From assembly GCA_963796285.1 (NCBI GenBank), contig CAWCKW010000012.1, positions 128,001 to 192,000 on the forward strand: a stretch of DNA of 64,000 nt. Direction: 5' to 3'. The position numbers and the translations under genes are program-made. The notes beneath the pieces are model-generated. The model was not told the DNA's origin, ran no database searches, and worked only from the letters and a program-made list of their open reading frames with translations. Position 1 is the first letter of the stretch; each line of letters starts with the position of its first letter. This stretch comes from Nitrospirota bacterium (GTDB taxonomy: Bacteria > Nitrospirota > UBA9217). Shown piece by piece: positions 57,355 to 64,000 of this stretch.

Positions 57355-58110
57355 ATGGAAGGCGCCCGCATACAGGAGATCTTTAGCTCGATTCAAGGCG
57401 AGGGCCCCTGGACCGGCCAGAGGCATATCTTTGTCCGCTTTGCGGGGTGTGATATCCGGTGCCGCTACTGCGATACACCGGCTGCTGTCCAGAGGGAAGA
57501 TGAAAGCGCGGGACTGCGATCCTGCAGTGTTCAAATAGCGGCAGGTACGAACGAGCATGAGCAGGCGCCGAATCCCATTTCTCCCCCGGCGCTTACGGCT
57601 TTCTGCTCACGGCTGGTCATTCCCGGCCCGTCACGCCCGGTGATCAGCCTGACCGGAGGCGAGCCCCTGCTGCATGCAGCTTTTCTGGATGCATGGCTTC
57701 CGATGGTTCGCAGCACCTTCACCGTGTATCTTGAAACCAGCGGAATTCATTACGATGCCATGAAGAGCATCAGCGATCTGGTGGATGTGGTGAGCATAGA
57801 CTTTAAACTCCCTTCCGCCACAGGGCTAAGGCCTTTCTGGGAAGAGCACAGGAAGTTTTTGGAGGGAATACGCGGGAAAACGTTTTTTGTAAAGGTTGTT
57901 GTGACCGGAGACACGAAGAAGGAGGATGTCCTCACTTCCGCGAGGATCATCGCGGGGTTCGAACGGTCCACGGTGCTCGTTATCCAGCCTGCGTGTGGAC
58001 CGCTTGCGCCTGAATCGGCCATGCTCATGGATTTTCAAGATGCGGCGCTCGGGATCATTGAAGACGTTCGTGTCATGCCCCAGGTGCATAAGATGTTGAA
58101 CGTATTGTAG
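57355..58110 (+). CDS. queE: 7-carboxy-7-deazaguanine synthase (radical SAM)
   Basis: EIFSSIQGEG, CDIRCRYCDT, TGGEPL, PQVHK. Confidence 0.9.
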   Translation: MEGARIQEIFSSIQGEGPWTGQRHIFVRFAGCDIRCRYCDTPAAVQREDESAGLRSCSVQIAAGTNEHEQAPNPISPPALTAFCSRLVIPGPSRPVISLTGGEPLLHAAFLDAWLPMVRSTFTVYLETSGIHYDAMKSISDLVDVVSIDFKLPSATGLRPFWEEHRKFLEGIRGKTFFVKVVVTGDTKKEDVLTSARIIAGFERSTVLVIQPACGPLAPESAMLMDFQDAALGIIEDVRVMPQVHKMLNVL

Positions 58111-58186
58111 AGGATAGCGAATACCTACAGCGGACCGGTGACAATCCGAACGCTGCATGTGCAGGGAGGGAGGATACAACAATCTC

Positions 58187-59620
58187 GTGCAGCTTAACAT
58201 TCTCGTACCTGTTGTTGAAGAACTTGCCGCTCTCCTCACGAACGCGCGGGTGGAACGCGTGTATCAGGGGAGGGGGGGAGGAATGTATATCCTCCTCAAT
58301 CGCGACCGGAAAAAGTTCAACCTCCTGCTTTCTCCGGACCGTGCCATGCCCCGCCTGCATCTGGTGAGTGTGAAGCCGGTTGCCGAAGATCCGCCCCACG
58401 GTTTCATCCTTTTTCTCAGGAGCCACGTGTCCGGCGCACGGGTGACGGGCATCGGTTTGCTGGACCAGGACCGGGTCGTTGATATCCGCTTCAGTAAGCA
58501 GGGAGATCAATATCGCATCCTGTTCGAACTCTTCGGTTCATCGGCCAATCTTGTCCTTGTTGATCAACGCTCGGTAATCCTCGCGGTCTATTACGCGGTC
58601 CCGCCCGCGGAAGGGGTGGCCCATCCGCTGCTGCCAGGTCTCCTGTACAGCGCTCCTGAAAAGCCGCTTATCACGGGATCGAGGGGAGCCGATTGTACGC
58701 CTGGATTCGATGTTGGCCCTTCTCCCAGCGGGGCTGCGGAACTTTATTACGACCATCTTGTTGAGCAGCGTCAAATCCGTTCCCTCAGGACCGAACTTTC
58801 TTCCCTCATAAAAAAGAACCTGTCAAAGACCGATCGTCTCGTGACCGCCTTGTCCGGCGACCTGCAGGCGGCTGACCGGATCGACGAATACCGGCGGGCG
58901 GGCGATCTGATCCTTGCTCATCTGAAAGATCTGAGGACCGGCATGGAGCGGGCGGACCTTACGGGGTATGACGGTAACACGGTATCGGTCATTCTCGACC
59001 CGAAGCGTTCTCCGTCGCGGAATGCGGAACTCTATTTCAAAAAGTATAAAAAAGCAAGGACGGGCCGTGACATCATCTCGGCGCGTCTGCGCCAGGCTAC
59101 CGGTGAAGCCGCATATCTCAAATCACTAGTAATCGATCTTGAACAGGCGAACGATGCTGACGCCCTTCTGGCGATCCGGTCCGAGCTAGCTGCAAAAGGA
59201 TATTTTGGAAAAAAGCCCGCCCAACCGAGAAGAAAAACGCAACAGGGAGCCGCACCACCGGCAATAAGAAGGGTCCTGTTCAACGGATGGGAGATCCTGG
59301 TGGGCAAGAGCGCGGCAGGCAACGATCATCTTACGATGCAGCTTGCCCGTCCTGACGATCTCTGGCTCCATGCCGAGGGCTTGCCCGGCTCTCACGTGCT
59401 TATCAGAAATCCGAATGCCGGTGACGTCCCTCCCGACGTGCTGGTGAAAGCGGCTGCTCTGGCGGCATTCCATAGTAAAGGAAGACATGCCGGTAAAGTG
59501 CCGGTAACGTATACCCGCGCAGGGCTGGTAAAAAAACCGAAGGGCGCGAAGCCGGGACTGGTGCAACTTCAGGAGCGGAGATCCTTGATGGTTGAGCCGG
59601 AGGACGTGCAGCGCATGTAG
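58187..59620 (+). CDS. rqcH: NFACT/RqcH (FbpA-like) ribosome quality control protein
   Basis: DRVV, NAELYFKKYKK, GKSAAGND, WLHAEGLPGSHV, KKPKGAKPG. Confidence 0.88.
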   Translation: MQLNILVPVVEELAALLTNARVERVYQGRGGGMYILLNRDRKKFNLLLSPDRAMPRLHLVSVKPVAEDPPHGFILFLRSHVSGARVTGIGLLDQDRVVDIRFSKQGDQYRILFELFGSSANLVLVDQRSVILAVYYAVPPAEGVAHPLLPGLLYSAPEKPLITGSRGADCTPGFDVGPSPSGAAELYYDHLVEQRQIRSLRTELSSLIKKNLSKTDRLVTALSGDLQAADRIDEYRRAGDLILAHLKDLRTGMERADLTGYDGNTVSVILDPKRSPSRNAELYFKKYKKARTGRDIISARLRQATGEAAYLKSLVIDLEQANDADALLAIRSELAAKGYFGKKPAQPRRKTQQGAAPPAIRRVLFNGWEILVGKSAAGNDHLTMQLARPDDLWLHAEGLPGSHVLIRNPNAGDVPPDVLVKAAALAAFHSKGRHAGKVPVTYTRAGLVKKPKGAKPGLVQLQERRSLMVEPEDVQRM

Positions 59621-60231
59621 ATCAACTTCCGGCAAAAAAATCAGCAATGTCTACCGCAAAGTAACTCAAGGTGCAAAAGAAAACCGGGATTTTTGTATCT
59701 TACTATCTTTGTGTTCCGGATGTGAAAAAGCTTTTGGTCCGTCTTGTCCGGATCAGATTACTCTTCACTACGGGGTGCTCACGGAAATGGATAATTCTCT
59801 TTGCAGGTCGAAAAGATTCGAGCGGAATTTTTATCCGCCGGAGAAAGTAATAACCATGACAACAAATTCGTCATATCACTCCTCATAGCCCTCCTTGTAT
59901 TCGGCATTATGATTTTCTTGAACATCCGTGGCTAATCCAAAAAACCTGGGTTTATCGTTACGGTCTCCAGGCAAAGTTCCTGCGCACTGAAAAGGTCCTG
60001 GACAGCAATATTAAGGACAGTCTTGACGGGAATAGCGCTGGTGTCGGGGAGAAAAATAATAGTGAGATGATTCGCTTTACATCCAACCCTGTATGCTCAT
60101 GCCTGAACACAAATAGGCACGATCAATGTTTACCGCACTGTCACGAAGGACTCGAAAAAAATCATACAACTTGTCTAAATTGGCAATACTCTTCGAATAC
60201 TGTGCGTCATCGCGGAAAATATCGGTTGCTC

Positions 60232-61005
60232 CTACGTTCCCTTGCTGTCCTGCCACAGTTTTTCCATTTCATCCAGCGTCATATCACTCAACGACCTCCC
60301 CGTCTTCGCCGCGTATTCTTCGATATGGCGGAAGCGGTGGATGAACTTGCTGATGGTCTTGCGGAGCGCGTCTTCCGGGTTGACGTCGAGGAACCGCGAG
60401 ATGTTCACGAGCATGAAGAAAATGTCTCCGAGCTCCTCTTCGATGCCGGCCGCGTCCTTGTTCTTCAGCGATTCCTTGAACTCGGCGATCTCCTCATCGA
60501 GTTTGGGAAGGGCCTCGTCGACCTTGCTCCAGTCGAAGCCCACGCGAGCGGCGCGTTCCTGAAGGCTGTGGGCGCGAAGGAGCGAGGGGAGGTGGCGAGG
60601 CACGCCTTCAAGAACCGATTTGCGCTCTTCGTACCCCTTTTCCTTTTTTTTGATCTCCTCCCAGTTTGCCAATACTTCCTTGTCCGTGGTGAGCCGCGTG
60701 TCTCCGAACACATGGGGATGGCGGCGGGTCATCTTCTCGATATTGGTCGAGATCACGTCCTGGATCGTGAACTGCTTATTTTCCTCTGCGATGCGGGCGT
60801 GAAAGATGATCTGGAACAGAAGGTCGCCGAGCTCTTCCTTAACCTTCTCGGGCGATCCCTCGTCGAGGGCGTCCACGACCTCATAGCATTCTTCGATCAG
60901 AAATGGTTTAAGCGATACAGCGGTCTGTTTGCGGTCCCAGGGGCAGCCGTCGGGGCTTCGGAGTTTCGCCATGAGTTGAACGAGAAGCGTGAAGTTGTCT
61001 TTCAT
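60232..61005 (-). CDS. mazG: Nucleoside triphosphate pyrophosphohydrolase
   Basis: GCPWDRKQT, EELGDLL, RRHPHVF, second EELGD. Confidence 0.96.
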   Translation of the reverse strand: MKDNFTLLVQLMAKLRSPDGCPWDRKQTAVSLKPFLIEECYEVVDALDEGSPEKVKEELGDLLFQIIFHARIAEENKQFTIQDVISTNIEKMTRRHPHVFGDTRLTTDKEVLANWEEIKKKEKGYEERKSVLEGVPRHLPSLLRAHSLQERAARVGFDWSKVDEALPKLDEEIAEFKESLKNKDAAGIEEELGDIFFMLVNISRFLDVNPEDALRKTISKFIHRFRHIEEYAAKTGRSLSDMTLDEMEKLWQDSKGT

Positions 61006-61202
61006 TGAAAACCCTTAAAATATTATTTATTATCACACAGGACACAGAGAATTATCTTGAATGAGAAAGCCGCACAATCTCGCTGGTACCTTACACAAGC
61101 TTCTCTTTGTTTGCAAGCTTTTTTCTTGAAGCAAACCGGTATCTATGGTAGTCTTACACTAATACTATCAAATGAGTTATTGACATCGAAAGGAGACTGA
61201 TC

Positions 61203-61616
61203 ATGCTTCAAAAAGCCTTTTACGGGGTTATCGTGCTTGCTGCTTTCACCCTTCTTACGGCCATGGGCGGCAGCGGGGGGTTCGAACGGGCCCCCCGGGT
61301 GGAAAAGAACTATGCCGTTGTTGTCGTTGACGCGTCAGGCAACAAGATCGAGGGGGAAAAGTTCAGCTGGGAAGGCCGGATCCACTTCGCGGGTTACCTG
61401 GGTATGGCGCAGGTGACGACGCCCTTCGATAAGATCGAAGAACTGACTGTCGGGGAAAAACGTGACCGGAAGGTGAAGGTCACTGCCAGGCTCACGGATG
61501 GAACCGAGACAAACTTTGAGGTCGACGCAAAATCGCGCTGTTTCGGAGAGGCAAGCTTCGGCAGCTTCATGCTGCAGATGGATGAGGTCAAGACGGTTAC
61601 CTTTAAAAAGAATTAA
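61203..61616 (+). CDS. Hypothetical exported protein
   Basis: RBS AAAGGAG, N-terminal signal/TM ending AMGG. Confidence 0.7.
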   Translation: MLQKAFYGVIVLAAFTLLTAMGGSGGFERAPRVEKNYAVVVVDASGNKIEGEKFSWEGRIHFAGYLGMAQVTTPFDKIEELTVGEKRDRKVKVTARLTDGTETNFEVDAKSRCFGEASFGSFMLQMDEVKTVTFKKN

Positions 61617-61844
61617 GAACCGAATACCTGCTGCCGGAGACGACGCGAAGAGAAGTAAACGTTCACACGAACAACGGCGCCCTGAACAACATCAACGTTC
61701 GAAAAGCAGAATAATCGCATTTTGGAGATTGGAAATTATTTAGGATTTCGTTCTTCGGATTTGGAATTTCGATTTCCTCTCCGCGTCTTCTACCGAGGAA
61801 CAACCCTTTCCATAACAATTCTCGTGAACGGCTCGGACCAAACC

Positions 61845-64000
61845 ATGACATCAATTCAGGCCGGCAACATCAAGGCAATGCTTGACGAAGAAGGCGCGAT
61901 CATCCGCGGCGCGCACTCTGCCGGCGCAGGCGGCGGCGAAGTGGTCCAGCGCCGCACCGGCCTCATTGACAGGACACTTCGCGACGCGTGTAACCGCCTG
62001 AGCGCAAACGGTCCCATGCCGGCGCTCCTCGCTATCGGAGGCTACGGCAGGGGAGAGCTGAATCCCCACTCGGACATTGACATCATGTTCCTGTGCCGGG
62101 ACGAAAAGGACCGGCAGCGCTCTCTGGAGTTGTTGTATATCCTCTGGGACGCCGGCATGGATCTGGGATACAGCGTTCGGACCATCAACGAGTGCGTCTC
62201 GCTCGCGCGGCAGGACATCAAGGTCCGCACTTCCCTCATCGAATCACGCCTGCTTGCGGGTGACCCCGCGCTCTACCATACGTTCATCGGGGCCATGCAG
62301 AGCGGGGTCTTTTATTGGAAGCCTTCCGATTTTATCCAGGAAAAGATCGCCGAGCGTGTTGCGACGCGCCAGAAATACGGCGGTTCGATCTATTTGCGGG
62401 AACCTAATATCAAAGAATGCGAAGGTGGACTCCGGGATATTCATACCGCTTTTTGGGTCGCTTTTGTACACTTTCGCGTTGCATCGCTCGGGGAACTTGT
62501 CGGGAAGACCGTCATCACCGGCGGACAGTATGCGGTGTTCCTGCGGTCAAGGGATTTTCTCTGGAGGGTCAGGAACGAGATCCACTATCTCTCGGGCCGC
62601 AAGAACGACCATCTTACCTTCGACCTCCAGGAACGCGCGGCAAAGGAGTTCAATTACCGCGATTCCGCCGATCTGTTCGCGGTCGAACGATTTATGAAGG
62701 CCTACTTTCTCCACGCGAGGAACATCCGCGAATTTACGAATAGTGTCGTTGCAGCCGTCCTCAGGAAACCGTCCCGCAGATGGTTCGAAAGGACGCAGAA
62801 GCTCGGTCCCTTCTCGCTCACGGGCAGAACGCTCTTCCCCTCATCGGCAGAGGGGTGTCATGAAAATGCCGCGCTTGCCATGACGGCCTTCGAAATCGCC
62901 CAGGAACGCCATGCTGTTTTTTCAGACCATCTCACGTCGTTGATCCGTGGGTGCAGGATCGATGATACGGCGAGAAGGTCTCCGGCAGCTTCCCGGGCCT
63001 TCCTCGCTATCCTGAATAACCCCGACGGCCTCGCGGAGACGCTTGCCCTGATGAAGGATCTGAGATTTCTCGGCCGGTATCTTCCCGAATTCCGGGCCAT
63101 CCAGGCGCTTGCAAGACACGATTACTACCACCTTTACACGGTGGACGAACACATCCTGCTCGCGATCAGAAACCTTCAGGCCTTGTGGGCGGGCAGTTTT
63201 CCGGCGCTCACGACATTTTCAGATGCCTTCAGGGGCCTTGCCAAACGCTGGGTGCTGGTCCTTGCTGTTTTACTTCACGACCTGGGCAAGGCATATCGCG
63301 AAGAACATGCGCACCGAGGCGTGGTCCTGGCGAAGGATGTTCTCACGAGACTCGCAGTTACCGGGGACGACCGGGAACGGGTCCTTTTCCTCATCGAGAA
63401 CCACCTAGTCATGGCGCTTTTGTCACAGCGGCGGGAGCTCAGTGACCGAAAGGTCATCGCCGATTTCTCCCGGCTCGTGCGGGACCGCGAGAATCTTACC
63501 ATGCTGTATCTGCTCACCTATGCCGACATCTCGGCGGTGAATCCGACCGCCTGGACGCAATGGAAAGCCGCGCTGCTCCAGGACCTCTATTTGAGGACGC
63601 TCAATTACCTCGATAGGAGCGCGCAGACCGTTGAAGAAGAGCGGGCCAGGTTGATCGCGGCATCCATCAGGATCAGAAATGCAGCGGAGGGCCTCTTCTC
63701 ATCAGAAGAGATCGATGCCTTCCTCGTGTCCATGCCCGAACAGTACCTCCTCACCGCTTCGACGCACCGGGTGATCGATCACATGAGCATGATGAAGAAG
63801 CTGCCTGATGAACAGCTTGTTATCCGTCACCGTCATTATCCCGAGCGGGGTTACACCGAGCTCACCGTATGCGCCTATGATGCCTACGGCATGTTTTACC
63901 GGACCGCGGGCACGATCGCCTCCAAGAACCTGAACATTCTTCGCGCCCAGGTGTTTACGTCAAAGAACGGCGTGATGATCGATACGTTCCAGATCACCGA
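61845..64000 (+). CDS. glnD: PII uridylyltransferase, truncated by the window end (absent from the ORF track)
   Basis: Hand translation: AIGGYGRGELNPHSDID, HLYTVDEH, LLHDLGK, start of ACT domain. Confidence 0.95.
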   Translation, partial: MTSIQAGNIKAMLDEEGAIIRGAHSAGAGGGEVVQRRTGLIDRTLRDACNRLSANGPMPALLAIGGYGRGELNPHSDIDIMFLCRDEKDRQRSLELLYILWDAGMDLGYSVRTINECVSLARQDIKVRTSLIESRLLAGDPALYHTFIGAMQSGVFYWKPSDFIQEKIAERVATRQKYGGSIYLREPNIKECEGGLRDIHTAFWVAFVHFRVASLGELVGKTVITGGQYAVFLRSRDFLWRVRNEIHYLSGRKNDHLTFDLQERAAKEFNYRDSADLFAVERFMKAYFLHARNIREFTNSVVAAVLRKPSRRWFERTQKLGPFSLTGRTLFPSSAEGCHENAALAMTAFEIAQERHAVFSDHLTSLIRGCRIDDTARRSPAASRAFLAILNNPDGLAETLALMKDLRFLGRYLPEFRAIQALARHDYYHLYTVDEHILLAIRNLQALWAGSFPALTTFSDAFRGLAKRWVLVLAVLLHDLGKAYREEHAHRGVVLAKDVLTRLAVTGDDRERVLFLIENHLVMALLSQRRELSDRKVIADFSRLVRDRENLTMLYLLTYADISAVNPTAWTQWKAALLQDLYLRTLNYLDRSAQTVEEERARLIAASIRIRNAAEGLFSSEEIDAFLVSMPEQYLLTASTHRVIDHMSMMKKLPDEQLVIRHRHYPERGYTELTVCAYDAYGMFYRTAGTIASKNLNILRAQVFTSKNGVMIDTFQIT

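Noticed and set aside
1-64000. Selenoprotein genes near selABC
   Set aside because: No UGA at a Cys-homologous position found by eye; Ehr small subunits use Cys

Overview
Chromosomal window of a moderately GC-rich anaerobically respiring bacterium; the gene style suggests Nitrospirota or Desulfobacterota, which is inference only. From left to right: a respiratory cluster (DsrP/NrfD anchor, Rieske-cytochrome b-pentaheme c operon, an 11-heme NapC/NirT-like cytochrome, two duplicated triheme c7 cytochromes); tRNA-Sec; transporters; selA-(four-helix-bundle gene)-selB; an accessory patch (about 17-24 kb) with two decayed attC-like sites, a completely delimited IS110/IS1111 element with a candidate bridge RNA whose guides match its own target and circle junction, and a 348-bp duplicate of the rnr 3' end; rnr, glnE; a TSUP/DUF1634 pair; two back-to-back, diverged six-gene Ehr (hydrogenase-4-like, Ni-site-less) operons; a pseudo histidine kinase with a 49-aa triplication; mltD, queE, rqcH, mazG and a partial glnD. 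Intergenic gaps are heavily colonised by several families of palindromic mini-elements, some nested in each other. All calls come from motif recognition by eye; no database searches were run.
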